Source: Acidimicrobiales bacterium
GTDB lineage: Bacteria; Actinomycetota; Acidimicrobiia; Acidimicrobiales; VFJN01
Assembly (NCBI GenBank): GCA_035303865.1
Contig: DATGRC010000302.1
Location: 1-48,864 of the forward strand
DNA: 48,864 nt
Direction: 5' to 3'
The notes under the pieces: generated by a model
Told to the model about the DNA's origin: nothing
Databases searched by the model: none
What the model saw: only the letters and a program-made list of their open reading frames with translations
Part shown: positions 1 through 8,997 of the stretch, piece by piece
Numbering within the stretch: the stretch's first letter is position 1
Layout of the letters: the number at the start of each line of letters is the position of its first letter
Made by a program: the position numbers and the translations under genes

Positions 1-1494
1 GAACCACGGGGCGAGCGTGCCGGCCACGAGGGGCAGCGCCGCCGACAGGGCCTCGCCCCCGGGGACCCCGACGCTTTCGATCGCCTGGCGGAACGAGTCG
101 GAGGTGACGGCCGGCGTGACGAACTCCACGGCCGCGGACTCGCCGAGCCCGCCGAGGTAGGTGCCGGCGTCGACCGGGATCTCGGCCGCCCACGACGAGT
201 GGATGTCGCCGGTGAGCAGCACCACCCCGCGGGCCGCCCGGAACGCCTCGACGAGCGCGGCCTGCTCGGCCTGGTACCCGTCCCACTGGTCGCCGTTGAG
301 CACGAGCGGCAGGCTGACGCCGAGCTGCCCGAGCACGGGGGCGAGGGCGGCCTCGAGCTCGGCCGGGAGGTCCGGGAGGTCGGCCAGGACGAGGGGCGCG
401 AACATCACCGAGTTGGCCACCACCTTCCAGCGGGCGGTGGACGCGGCGAGCCCGTCGGTGAACCAGGCCCGCTGCGCGGCGCCGAGCATCGTGCGATCGA
501 GGTCGCGCACCACCGGGCTGGTGACGAACAGGTCCTCGGCCAGGCCGTGCACCGCCTGGGACCGGTAGCTGCGCTCATCGAGCACGAACACGTCGGCGAG
601 GGCCCCGAACCCGAGGCGACGGTAGATGCGGGTCGACGTCCCCTCCTGGCGCAGCGGCATCCACTCGAAGTACGCCTGCAGCGCAGCGGCCTTGCGGGCC
701 GCGTAGTCGCCCTCCTCGGCCGCCTGGTGGTTGCCGGCCCCGTGCTCCCACGCGTTGTTGGCCACCTCGTGGTCGTCGATCGTGGTGATGAACGGGTACC
801 GCCGGTGGAGCGCGGCGAGGTCGGGGTCGGTCTTGTAGAGGGCGTGCCGGCGCCGGTAGTCGGCCAGCGTGACGATCTCGTGCTCGGGATCGAGGGCTCG
901 GTCGACCCCGAGCGTGGCGTAGCCGCCGTCGCCGTACTCGTAGAGGTAGTCGCCGAGGTGGAGGATCGCGTCGAGGTCGTCGCGGGCGGCGAGGTGCCGG
1001 TAGGCGCTGAACCACCCGCCCTCGTAGTTGCTGCAGGACACCACCCCGAAGCGGAGCCGCTCCACGGCCGCGCCCGGGGCCGGTGCGGTGCGGGTGCGAC
1101 CCACAGGCGACGTGGCGCCGAGGGCCCGGAACCGGTACCAGTGCTCGGTGGCGGGGCGCAGCCCGGCGGCGTCGACCTTGACCGTGTGGTCCCGGGCAGC
1201 GGTGGTGGTGACCGCGCCCTGGGCCACGACCGTGCGGAAGTCGGGATCCTCGGCCACCTCCCACGCCACCTCGGCGGGCGGGCCGAGGCCCGAGCCGGGC
1301 GTGGCCTCGTCGCTCGGGGTGACCCGGGTCCAGAGCACGACCCGGTCCGGGAGCGGGTCGCCGGAGGCCACCCCGTGGCCGAACGGGCCGGGGGCGGGCT
1401 GGGCGAGCGCCGGGTCTCGGAGGAGGGCGGTGGGCCCGGCCAGGGCGAGCGCAGCGCCGCCGAGGCCGAGCTGGAGGAAGCGTCGACGATCCAT
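1..1494 (-). CDS. phoD: Alkaline phosphatase D (PhoD family), Tat-exported; the C-terminal end lies beyond the left window edge
   Basis: Absent from the ORF track because it runs off the edge. The reverse complement from ATG (1494..1492) reads MDRRRFLQLGLGGAALALAGP (twin-arginine signal). It continues ...RFGVVSCSNYEGGWFSAYRHL...ILHLGDYLYEYG...TIDDHEVANNAWEHG..., which are typical PhoD metallophosphatase motifs. The frame stays open for 498 codons to position 1. Confidence 0.8.
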   Translation of the reverse strand, partial: MDRRRFLQLGLGGAALALAGPTALLRDPALAQPAPGPFGHGVASGDPLPDRVVLWTRVTPSDEATPGSGLGPPAEVAWEVAEDPDFRTVVAQGAVTTTAARDHTVKVDAAGLRPATEHWYRFRALGATSPVGRTRTAPAPGAAVERLRFGVVSCSNYEGGWFSAYRHLAARDDLDAILHLGDYLYEYGDGGYATLGVDRALDPEHEIVTLADYRRRHALYKTDPDLAALHRRYPFITTIDDHEVANNAWEHGAGNHQAAEEGDYAARKAAALQAYFEWMPLRQEGTSTRIYRRLGFGALADVFVLDERSYRSQAVHGLAEDLFVTSPVVRDLDRTMLGAAQRAWFTDGLAASTARWKVVANSVMFAPLVLADLPDLPAELEAALAPVLGQLGVSLPLVLNGDQWDGYQAEQAALVEAFRAARGVVLLTGDIHSSWAAEIPVDAGTYLGGLGESAAVEFVTPAVTSDSFRQAIESVGVPGGEALSAALPLVAGTLAPWF

Positions 1495-1584
1495 CTGGGT
1501 ACCTGGAGCCAGGGGTTCGTCGCCCTCCCCGCTTCCCCTGCCGCGCCCGGCAGATGTCACGCTTCCTTCACCCCCGGTCCCAGA

Positions 1585-1603
1585 TATGCTCACTTTGAGC
1601 ATA
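1585..1603. promoter_or_regulatory. Perfect palindrome TATGCTCA-ctt-TGAGCATA directly upstream of the pncB RBS; candidate NrtR operator overlapping a TANNNT -10 (TATGCT)
   Basis: Perfect 8+8 bp inverted repeat with a 3-nt spacer. It is AT-rich in a GC-rich background and abuts AGGAG (1604-1608) and the GTG start at 1614. The operon it precedes ends with an NrtR-type regulator gene. Confidence 0.45.
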
Positions 1604-1613
1604 AGGAGCCCCG

Positions 1614-2999
1614 GTGCCCGAGCCCTCCAGCGCCCTCAAGACCGACCACTACGAGCTCACGATGCTGGCGGCCGCCCGCCGGGACGGGGTGGCCGACCGG
1701 CGAGCCGTCTTCGAGGTGTTCGCCCGCCGGCTGCCGGCCGGGCGCCGCTACGGCGTCGTCGCCGGCCTCGGGCGCCTGCTCGACGAGCTCGAGCGATTCC
1801 GCTTCGGCGACGAGGAGCTGGCCTTCCTCGAGCGGGCCGGGTTCCTCGACGACGGCACGCTCGAGCACCTGGCCGGCTACCGCTTCGGCGGCGAGATCCT
1901 CGCCTACCGGGAGGGCGAGCTGTACTTCCCGGGCTCGCCGGTCCTCGCCGTGGAGGCCACCTTCGGGGAGGCCGTGCTGCTCGAGACGCTCGTGCTGTCG
2001 GTCCTCAACCACGACAGCGCGGTGGCCAGCGCCGCCGCCCGCATGGTCGACGTGGCCGCCGGCCGGACCCTCATCGAGATGGGCAGCCGGCGGGCGCACG
2101 AGGAGGCCGCGGTGGCGGCCGCCCGGGTGGCGCACCTGATGGGCTTCGACGCCACCTCGAACCTGGAGGCCGGGCGCCGCTACGGCGTGCCCACCGCGGG
2201 GACGGCCGCCCACGCGTTCACCCTCGCCCACCCCGACGAGCGGTCCGCCTTCGCCAGCCAGCTCGACGCGCTCGGGCTCGGCACCACGCTGCTCGTCGAC
2301 ACCTTCGACGAGGCCGAGGCGATCCGCACCGGCGTGGAGCTGGCCCGAGCGCGCGGCGCCGCCGGGCCCGGGGCCATCCGGCTGGACTCCGGCGACCTGG
2401 CCGAGCACGCCCGGGCGGCCCGGGCGCTGCTCGACGAGCTCGGCGCCACCGGCACCCGCATCGTCGTGTCGAGCGACCTCGACGAGTACCTGATCGAGGA
2501 CCTGATCGACCGGGACGCCCCGGTCGACGCGTTCGGGGTGGGCACCAAGCTGGTGACCGGCTCCGGAGCGCCCACCGCCGGGTTCGTCTACAAGCTGGTG
2601 GCGATCGCCGACGACGACGATCCGGACAGCCCGCTGCGGTCGGTGGCCAAGCGCTCGACGGCCAAGATCACCCACGGCGGCCGCAAGCGGGCGTGGCGGC
2701 TCCTCGACGACGAGGGCCTCGCGTGCGGCGAGGTGGTGGAGGTGGTCGACGTCCCCTTCCGCCACCACGAGGAGGCGTCCAGCCCGGACCGCCGGGACCT
2801 CCAGGTCCTCGTCGTGGCCGGCGGGGAGCGCCGCCACCGACCCGAGCCGGAGGAGATCCGGGCCCACCACCGCCGGGCGCTCGACGAGCTGCCGACCCGC
2901 CACCGCCAGATCCTGGCCGGCGACCCGGCGTGGACGGTGCGCCACGAGCGCACCACCGACGACCGACCGACCACCCAGACCCAGGAGGAACCACGATGA
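1614..2999 (+). CDS. pncB: Nicotinate phosphoribosyltransferase
   Basis: 461 aa. N-terminus is LKTDHYELTML, with ...IEMGSRRAHEEAA...GFDATSNLEAG...GTAAHAF...IRLDSGDL..., typical of PncB. AGGAG RBS lies 5 nt upstream of the GTG. The stop overlaps the pncA ATG (ATGA). Confidence 0.9.
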   Translation: MPEPSSALKTDHYELTMLAAARRDGVADRRAVFEVFARRLPAGRRYGVVAGLGRLLDELERFRFGDEELAFLERAGFLDDGTLEHLAGYRFGGEILAYREGELYFPGSPVLAVEATFGEAVLLETLVLSVLNHDSAVASAAARMVDVAAGRTLIEMGSRRAHEEAAVAAARVAHLMGFDATSNLEAGRRYGVPTAGTAAHAFTLAHPDERSAFASQLDALGLGTTLLVDTFDEAEAIRTGVELARARGAAGPGAIRLDSGDLAEHARAARALLDELGATGTRIVVSSDLDEYLIEDLIDRDAPVDAFGVGTKLVTGSGAPTAGFVYKLVAIADDDDPDSPLRSVAKRSTAKITHGGRKRAWRLLDDEGLACGEVVEVVDVPFRHHEEASSPDRRDLQVLVVAGGERRHRPEPEEIRAHHRRALDELPTRHRQILAGDPAWTVRHERTTDDRPTTQTQEEPR

Positions 3000-3643
3000 C
3001 CCGACGTGCACTGCTCGGCGTGGACCTGACCCCCACCTTCTGCGAGGGAGGTGGCCTGCCCGTCGAGGGCGGGAACGACACCGCGGCGCGGGTGGCCGCC
3101 TTCCTCGACGCGCACGGCCGCGACTACGACCTCCTCGTCTTCAGCGAGGACTGGCACATCGACCCCGGAGACCACTGGGCGCCCGAGGGCGGCGAGCCCG
3201 ACTTCCGCACCAGCTGGCCCAAGCACGGGCCGGCCGGCACCGACGAGGCCCGGGTGCACCCGGTGATCCGGGAGGTGCTCGATCGCCTCGCCGCCGACGG
3301 CGTGCGGGTGCACCTCGTGCGCAAGGGCATGTACTCGGCCGCCTACTCGGCCTTCGAGGGCGTGGTCGTCGAGAACGACCCGGCCGAGCTCGAGCCGGTC
3401 GGGCCGCCGCTGGCCGACTGGCTGCGCCGGGAGGGCGTCACCCACCTCGACGTGATGGGGATCGCCACCGACCACTGCGTGCGGGCCAGCTCGCTCGACG
3501 CGATCCGCGAGGGCTTCGAGGTCCGCCTGCTCGGCGATCTCGTGGCCGGCGTGGCGCCGGACACGAGCGAGGCCGCCCTCGAGGAGATGGCCGCCGCCGG
3601 CGTGGAGCTGTCGACCAGCGCCGCCGTCGGCGCCCGGACCTGA
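2996..3643 (+). CDS. pncA: Nicotinamidase/pyrazinamidase (isochorismatase family)
   Basis: This is the last 215 codons of track ORF 1028..3643, starting at ATG 2996. Sequence reads LLGVDLTPTFCEGGGLPV...SEDWHI...HLDVMGIATDHCVRASSLDA (catalytic Cys context). It is translationally coupled to pncB. Confidence 0.85.
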   Translation: MTRRALLGVDLTPTFCEGGGLPVEGGNDTAARVAAFLDAHGRDYDLLVFSEDWHIDPGDHWAPEGGEPDFRTSWPKHGPAGTDEARVHPVIREVLDRLAADGVRVHLVRKGMYSAAYSAFEGVVVENDPAELEPVGPPLADWLRREGVTHLDVMGIATDHCVRASSLDAIREGFEVRLLGDLVAGVAPDTSEAALEEMAAAGVELSTSAAVGART

Positions 3644-3651
3644 GGCCCGGC

Positions 3652-4422
3652 GTGGCCCGCCGACGCCGGTACCGCCCGGCCAACGAGGAGGAGGCCGCCT
3701 ACCTCGCCGTCTTCGACCCCCGGTCGTTCCCACCGGTGGCCGTCACCGTCGACGTCGTCTCGCTGACGATCCGGGCCGGGCGGCTGTCGGTGCTGCTCGT
3801 GCAGCGGGGCGCCTACCCGTACAAGGGGGCGTGGGCGCTGCCCGGCGGCTTCGTCGAGCCCGACGAGGACACCGACGCCGCTGCCGCCCGGGAGCTGGCC
3901 GAGGAGACGGGGGTGGCGTCGGTCCCCGGTCACCTCGAGCAGCTCCGCACCTACAGCGACCCCGACCGCGACCCCCGGATGCGGGTGATCTCGGTGGCGT
4001 ACGTGGGCTTCGGCCCGGAGGCCGCGGTGCCCGAGGCGGGCAGCGACGCCACCGCCGCTCGCTGGTGGGCGATCGACGACCTGGAGGGGCCCGACGCCCC
4101 CGCCCTGGCGTTCGACCACGCTCGGATCATCGCCGACGGGGTGGAGCGGGCCCGGGCCAAGATCGAGTACACGTCGCTGGCCGCCAGCTTCGTGGAGGAG
4201 CCGTTCACGCTGGCCGAGCTGCGCCGGGTGTACGAGGCGGTGTGGGGCGTGGAGCTGCACGTGGGCAACTTCCGCCGCAAGGTGCTGTCCACGCCGGGGT
4301 TCGTTACCGTGGCCGACGAGGACGGCACGGCGGGCACGTCGCGCCGCACCGGCGGCCGGCCGGCCACGCTCTACCGCCGCGGCGGCGCCACGGTCCTGCA
4401 CCCCGCCATGCTCCGCCCCTGA
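3652..4422 (+). CDS. nrtR: NrtR-type Nudix-related transcriptional regulator of NAD metabolism (Nudix domain plus C-terminal winged-helix domain)
   Basis: 256 aa. It has an intact Nudix box, GFVEPDEDTDAAAARELAEETGV (G-x5-E-x7-REUxEExGU). The C-terminal part reads FTLAELRRVYEAVWG...NFRRKV, typical of the NrtR DNA-binding domain. It sits directly after pncB-pncA. Confidence 0.75.
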   Translation: MARRRRYRPANEEEAAYLAVFDPRSFPPVAVTVDVVSLTIRAGRLSVLLVQRGAYPYKGAWALPGGFVEPDEDTDAAAARELAEETGVASVPGHLEQLRTYSDPDRDPRMRVISVAYVGFGPEAAVPEAGSDATAARWWAIDDLEGPDAPALAFDHARIIADGVERARAKIEYTSLAASFVEEPFTLAELRRVYEAVWGVELHVGNFRRKVLSTPGFVTVADEDGTAGTSRRTGGRPATLYRRGGATVLHPAMLRP

Positions 4423-4443
4423 CCCCCGCGACGTCTCGGTGCA

Positions 4444-4469
4444 CGTCTGAGCCGCAGCGGCTCGAGACG
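4444..4469. terminator. Hairpin in the convergent gap between nrtR and ltaE (candidate bidirectional terminator)
   Basis: CGTCTGAGCC-gcagc-GGCTC(G)GAGACG: a 10-bp stem with one bulged G and a 5-nt loop. It lies 22 nt after the nrtR stop and 3 nt after the ltaE stop. There is no U-tract. Confidence 0.4.
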
Positions 4470-4471
4470 GC

Positions 4472-5536
4472 TCAGCGATGTCGTGCGACGATGGCGCGGA
4501 CGCCGGCCGCGAAGCGGTCGACGTCGTCCTCGGTGGTGGACCACGAGGTCATCCAGCGCAGCATCGAGCGCTCGAGGTCCCACGGCCACACGAACGACCA
4601 CGCCGTGAGCGGCTCGATGGCGTCCGCCGGGACGACCGGGAAGAGCGAGTTGACGGGCGGCTCGTCGCCGAGGACGACGCCGGGGATGTCGGCGGTGGCG
4701 GCGTGGAGGCGCCGGGCCATGGCGTTGGCCCGCTCGGCGTTGGCCAGCCAGCGGTCGTCCTCGAGCAGGGCGAGGACCTGGGCCGCCACGTAGCGGGCCT
4801 TCGACGGGAGCTGCCCGGCCTGCTTGCGCACGAACGCCGCCCGCTCGGCCAGCTCGGGCCGGAGGAACACGACCGTCTCGCCGTACATCGCCCCGTCCTT
4901 GGTGAGCCCGAAGGTCATCACGTCGACGCCGGTGTCGCGCACCACCGTGGGCAGGTCGGCGCCGAGGGCGACGAGCGCGTTGGCGATGCGGGCACCGTCG
5001 AGGTGGACGACGAGGCCGTGGGCGTGGGCCTTGTCGCAGATCGCGGCCAGCTCGTCGACGGTGTAGAGCGTGCCCATCTCGGTGGACTGGGTGATCGACA
5101 CCACCGCCGGCTGGGGGTGGTGCTCCACGCCGAGCCAGTGCAGGTACGGGTCGAGCTGCTCGGGCGCCAGCTTGCCGTCGGGCGTGGAGATCGGGGTGAC
5201 GGTGGCGCCGGTGAAGCGGGCGGGGGCGCCGCACTCGTCGACCACGATGTGGGCGGTGTCGGGGGTGAGCACGGCCTGCCAGGGCTGCAGCACGGTGGCC
5301 AGGCCCACGACGTTGGCGCCGGTGCCGCCCCAGCAGAAGAGGCTCTCGACGGGGGCGTCGAACACGTCGCGCAGCGCGGCCCGGGCCCGCGCCGACCACG
5401 GGTCGGCGCCGTAGGCGGCGGCCGGGCCGTGGTTGGCGGCGGCCAGCGCGTCCATGACCGCCGGGTCGACGCCGGCGAAGTTGTCGGAGGCGAAGGAGCC
5501 CTCAGGGGGCGGGGGGAGCTCGTCCACGTCGGGCAC
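4472..5536 (-). CDS. ltaE: Low-specificity L-threonine aldolase (PLP-dependent, beta-eliminating lyase family)
   Basis: 354 aa. Sequence reads FASDNFAGVDPAVMDAL...CWGGTGANVV...SITQSTEMGTLYT...VHLDGARIANA...TFGLTKDGAMYGE (PLP lysine context). Confidence 0.8.
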   Translation of the reverse strand: MPDVDELPPPPEGSFASDNFAGVDPAVMDALAAANHGPAAAYGADPWSARARAALRDVFDAPVESLFCWGGTGANVVGLATVLQPWQAVLTPDTAHIVVDECGAPARFTGATVTPISTPDGKLAPEQLDPYLHWLGVEHHPQPAVVSITQSTEMGTLYTVDELAAICDKAHAHGLVVHLDGARIANALVALGADLPTVVRDTGVDVMTFGLTKDGAMYGETVVFLRPELAERAAFVRKQAGQLPSKARYVAAQVLALLEDDRWLANAERANAMARRLHAATADIPGVVLGDEPPVNSLFPVVPADAIEPLTAWSFVWPWDLERSMLRWMTSWSTTEDDVDRFAAGVRAIVARHR

Positions 5537-5550
5537 GCTACCGACCGTCG

Positions 5551-5556
5551 TAGGGT
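5551..5556 (+). promoter_or_regulatory. -10 hexamer TAGGGT (TANNNT) 6 nt upstream of the ATG at 5563; leaderless-type geometry
   Basis: The divergent intergenic region is only 26 bp and there is no SD before the ATG. TANNNT-N6-start matches the actinobacterial leaderless arrangement. Confidence 0.35.
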
Positions 5557-5562
5557 CGGGCG

Positions 5563-6411
5563 ATGGACGTGACCGAGCTGCGCACCGCCGACGGGTGGAC
5601 CTTCACCGCCCGCACCGCCGGCCCCGACCACGGGCGGCCGGTGCTGCTCCTCCACGGGTTCCCGCAGACGTCGCGCTGCTGGGCGGCCCAGCTCGAGGCG
5701 CTGGCCGCGGCCGGCCACCGGGCGGTGGCGGTCGACCAGCGGGGCTACTCCCCCGGCGCCCGACCCGACGACGTGGCCGCGTACCGCCCCGAGGCGCTCG
5801 TGGCCGACGTGCTGGCGGTGGCCGACGCCGCCGGGATGGACCGCTTCGACCTCGTCGGCCACGACTTCGGCGGGATGGTGGCGTGGATGGTGGCCGGCCA
5901 CCACCGGGACCGGGTGCGCACGCTCACCGTCGTGTCCACGCCGCACCCGGCGGCGTTCCGGCGGTCCTACCAGGCCGGGGGCTCGGACCAGCACGAGCGC
6001 TCCGGCTACATGCGCGCGTTCCGGGAGGCCACCCGAGGTGAGCTCGAGGCGAGCCTGCTGGCCGACGACGCCGCCGGCCTGCGGCTCGTGTACCAGGGCC
6101 TCGACCCGGATGCCGTCGAGGAGTACGTGGCGGTGCTGTCCCATCCCGGGGCGCTCGTCGCGGCGATCGACTGGTACCGCTCGATGTCGGGCCGGGCCAG
6201 CGCCGCCACCCCGCCGTCGTCGGTGCCGACCCTCTACGTGTGGAGCGACCAGGACCCGGCCCTCGGCCGGGAGGCCGCCGAGGCCACCGCCGAGCTGGTC
6301 ACCGGCCCGTACCGCTTCGAGGTCCTCGAGGGCGTGGGCCACTGGGTCCCCGAGCAGGCTCCCGCTCGCCTGAGCGCCCTCCTGCTCGACCACCTCGCCG
6401 CCAACCCCTGA
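5563..6411 (+). CDS. Alpha/beta hydrolase (epoxide hydrolase/haloalkane dehalogenase-like)
   Basis: 282 aa. Sequence reads VLLLHGFPQTSRCW...DQRGYSPG...LVGHDFGGMVAW (nucleophile-elbow position)...GVGHWVPEQAP. Confidence 0.8.
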   Translation: MDVTELRTADGWTFTARTAGPDHGRPVLLLHGFPQTSRCWAAQLEALAAAGHRAVAVDQRGYSPGARPDDVAAYRPEALVADVLAVADAAGMDRFDLVGHDFGGMVAWMVAGHHRDRVRTLTVVSTPHPAAFRRSYQAGGSDQHERSGYMRAFREATRGELEASLLADDAAGLRLVYQGLDPDAVEEYVAVLSHPGALVAAIDWYRSMSGRASAATPPSSVPTLYVWSDQDPALGREAAEATAELVTGPYRFEVLEGVGHWVPEQAPARLSALLLDHLAANP

Positions 6412-6774
6412 CCCCCCGCCGAACCGGCCCCTCGAGCGCGCCGTCTCCGCGGCGCGTCAGGTGCGAGGTCGCGGGGGTGCGGGGCGGCCCGGGGGTGGGG
6501 TGGCGGCTCGCTCGACGGCGGGGTGGAACCGCACGGGGCCGGTGGGGAGCGTCCCCCGGTCCCAGCGGGGCCTCGTCCGGGCAGCCGACCGGTGCCGTCG
6601 AGCAGCCCGGGAGCGGCGGGGGCGGAACACCTGCATCTGCACACCTCCTGGGTCGTTCCGGCCAGCATCGGGGCCGGTGCCGCGAACGCCTAGGGACGAT
6701 GGTCCTGCGGGGCCGAGCCCTTCGACGGATCAGGCCGGGTACCGTGCGGCGACCGCCGACTCGGAGGCGACGAC

Positions 6775-7197
6775 GTGACCAGCGAACGAGGACACGAGGT
6801 CATCGGGCACACCGCCGACGTGATCCTGGAGGCGTGGGGGCCCGACCTGGCGTCGTGCGCGGCAGAGGCTGTGGCCGCCCTCGTGGCCACCTGTGCCGAC
6901 ACCAGCCGCGCGCGGGTGGTCGACCGGCGGCCCGTCCGGCTCGACCCCGCGCCGCCCACCGACCTGCTCCACGCGCTGCTGGAGGAGGTCGTCTTCACGC
7001 TCGACACCGAGGCGTCGGTGCCGGTGGCGGCCGAGGTGACCGCCACCGCTGACGGCGCCCTCGAGGCGGTGCTGCTGCTCGCCGACCCGGGCACGGTGGA
7101 GCCCGTCGGCTCGGCGCCGAAGGCGATCTCCCGCTCCGAGCTGGCGGTGGACGAGACGCGCCACGGCGTCCGAGCCCGGTTCCTCGTCGACGTGTAG
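6775..7197 (+). CDS. Archease (RtcB ligase cofactor family)
   Basis: 140 aa. The N-terminal HEVIGHTADVILEAWG motif is characteristic of archease. GGAGG RBS lies 7 nt upstream of the GTG. The gene is convergent with rtcB. Confidence 0.8.
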   Translation: MTSERGHEVIGHTADVILEAWGPDLASCAAEAVAALVATCADTSRARVVDRRPVRLDPAPPTDLLHALLEEVVFTLDTEASVPVAAEVTATADGALEAVLLLADPGTVEPVGSAPKAISRSELAVDETRHGVRARFLVDV

Positions 7198-7292
7198 CGC
7201 GACCGGCGCTCGGCGGCCGCCGCCCGGCGCGGACCCGCGCCCGTCAGCGACCGGGGTCAGACCCGGGCGGCTCCCCGGCGCGCCGCCGCCGC

Positions 7293-8819
7293 TCAGCCCT
7301 TGACGACGCCGACGGGGACGAGCCGGGCCACCCGGCGAGCCAGGCCGGCCAGCTCGACGGTGCGGACGACGACGTCGACGTCCTTGTAGGAGAACGGGGC
7401 CTCCTCGGCCAGGCCGCGGGCGGAGCCGGCCCGCACCTCCACGCCGGAGGCGAGCAGCTGGCGGCGCAGCTCCTTGCCGGAGATCCGCTTGCGGGCGGCG
7501 GTGCGGCTCATCGTGCGGCCGGCACCGTGGCAGCACGAGTGGAACGCGTCGCCGCCTCGGTTGCCGGCCAGCACCCAGGACGCCGTGCCCATCGAGCCCG
7601 GCACGAGCACCGGCTGACCGACCGGGGCCAGGTCGGCCGGCAGGTCGGCGTGCTCGGGCGGCAGCGACCGGGTGGCGCCCTTGCGGTGGACGCACAGCAG
7701 CCGGGGCTCGCCGTCGACCTCGTGGGCCTCCAGCTTGGCCAGGTTGTGGGAGACGTCGTAGAGCAGCTCGAGGTCGCCGGCGCCGAGCGCGGCGTCGAAG
7801 GCCCGCCGGGCGGCCTGCGACAGGAGCTGGCGGTTGGCTCGCCCGTAGTTGGCGGAGGCGGCCATGGCGGCCAGGTAGGCCTCGCCCTCGGGGCTGCGGA
7901 CGGGCACGCAGGCCAGCTGCCGGTCCGGCACCTCGATGCCGTAGCGGTCCATCGCCGCCTCCATGGCGGCGACGTGGTCGGAGCACACCTGGTGGCCGAG
8001 GCCGCGGGAGCCGGAGTGGATCATCACGCACACCTGCCCGACCCGCATCCCGAACGCGGCGGCCGCCTCCTCGTCGAGGATCGCGTCGACGACCTGCACC
8101 TCGAGGAAGTGGTTCCCCGACCCGAGGCTGCCGAGCTGGTGGAGGCCGCGCGCCATCGCCCGGTCCGAGACGGCATCGGGGTCGGCGCCGGGCAGGACGC
8201 CGCGGTCCTCGCAGCGGTCGAGGTCCCGGGCGGTGCCGTGGCCCTGCTCGACGGCGTAGGCGGCGCCGCCCTCGAGGACCTCCACCAGCTGCGCCCGGTC
8301 GAGGTCCCACACCCCACCGGGCCCCATGCCCTTGGGCACCCGACGGTCGAGCTCGTCCATGACCGCCTCGATGCGGGGCATCAGCTGGTCGCGGTCGACG
8401 GGGGCGAGCAGGAGCCGCACCCCGCAGGAGATGTCGAACCCGACGCCGCCCGGCGAGATCACGCCGCCGGCCTCGACGTCGGTGGCGGCCACGCCGCCGA
8501 TCGGGAACCCGTACCCCCAGTGCACGTCGGGCATGGCGTACGAGGCGCGCACGATGCCGGGCAGGGTGGCGACGTTGGCCACCTGCTCGAGGGAGCGGTC
8601 GGCGGCGACGTCGGGCAGCAGCTCGCGGGTGGCGAACACCACGCCCGGGACGCGCATCGCGCCCGCCGGCTCGATGCGCCACCGCCACGGGGCCTCCTCG
8701 CTGACCCGGATGGTCCCGACCCGCTGGATCGGGCCGTCGACGTCCACGTCGTGGCGTGCGTCGGTCGCCGGCTGGGCTGCGTCGCGCTGCATCACTCGTC
8801 CTCGTCGGTCCTCGCCCAT
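7293..8819 (-). CDS. rtcB: RNA-splicing ligase RtcB (3'-phosphate/5'-hydroxyl RNA ligase)
   Basis: 508 aa. Sequence reads [13 protein letters not shown]...[13 protein letters not shown]...[12 protein letters not shown]...NYGRANRQ...HNLAK...HRKGATR...CHGAGR, the metal and GMP-His motifs of RtcB. An alternative ATG at 8792 has a GAGGA RBS at good spacing. Confidence 0.9.
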   Translation of the reverse strand: MGEDRRGRVMQRDAAQPATDARHDVDVDGPIQRVGTIRVSEEAPWRWRIEPAGAMRVPGVVFATRELLPDVAADRSLEQVANVATLPGIVRASYAMPDVHWGYGFPIGGVAATDVEAGGVISPGGVGFDISCGVRLLLAPVDRDQLMPRIEAVMDELDRRVPKGMGPGGVWDLDRAQLVEVLEGGAAYAVEQGHGTARDLDRCEDRGVLPGADPDAVSDRAMARGLHQLGSLGSGNHFLEVQVVDAILDEEAAAAFGMRVGQVCVMIHSGSRGLGHQVCSDHVAAMEAAMDRYGIEVPDRQLACVPVRSPEGEAYLAAMAASANYGRANRQLLSQAARRAFDAALGAGDLELLYDVSHNLAKLEAHEVDGEPRLLCVHRKGATRSLPPEHADLPADLAPVGQPVLVPGSMGTASWVLAGNRGGDAFHSCCHGAGRTMSRTAARKRISGKELRRQLLASGVEVRAGSARGLAEEAPFSYKDVDVVVRTVELAGLARRVARLVPVGVVKG

Positions 8820-8997
8820 CGGTCACCCGGTCCCACCATGCAGCCCGCGGCGCTGGGTGACAACCGACGTCCGGGCGGCGGCGAGGGGACCTTCGCCCCT
8901 GCCGGCGCGGGCGGCGACCGGGGCACCCTCAGGGTGCCGGGACCCCGCCGCTGGCGCGAGCGGGGACCGGGCTCAGACCACGAGAGGGAGGTGACCC

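Noticed and set aside
1495-1584. Possible PhoP PHO box upstream of phoD
   Set aside because: Only a single TTCACC-like unit (around 1566-1572) is present. There are no tandem 11-nt direct repeats, so there is not enough to call.
199-2139. 646-aa plus-strand ORF, and the similar very long track ORFs 1028..3643+, 6730..8826-, 11845..14133-, 12882..16355+, 21435..23570-, 24923..28153+, 25157..28060-, 29120..31909+, 42719..45502- and others
   Set aside because: Their products are Arg/Pro/Gly/Ala-rich low-complexity strings, typical of off-frame or antisense reading of GC-rich genes. Each overlaps a gene with clear family motifs. Only the terminal parts of some are real: pncA in 1028..3643, moaA in 11845..14133, dxs in 24923..28153, DUF2332 in 25157..28060, and the thiolase in 42719..45502.
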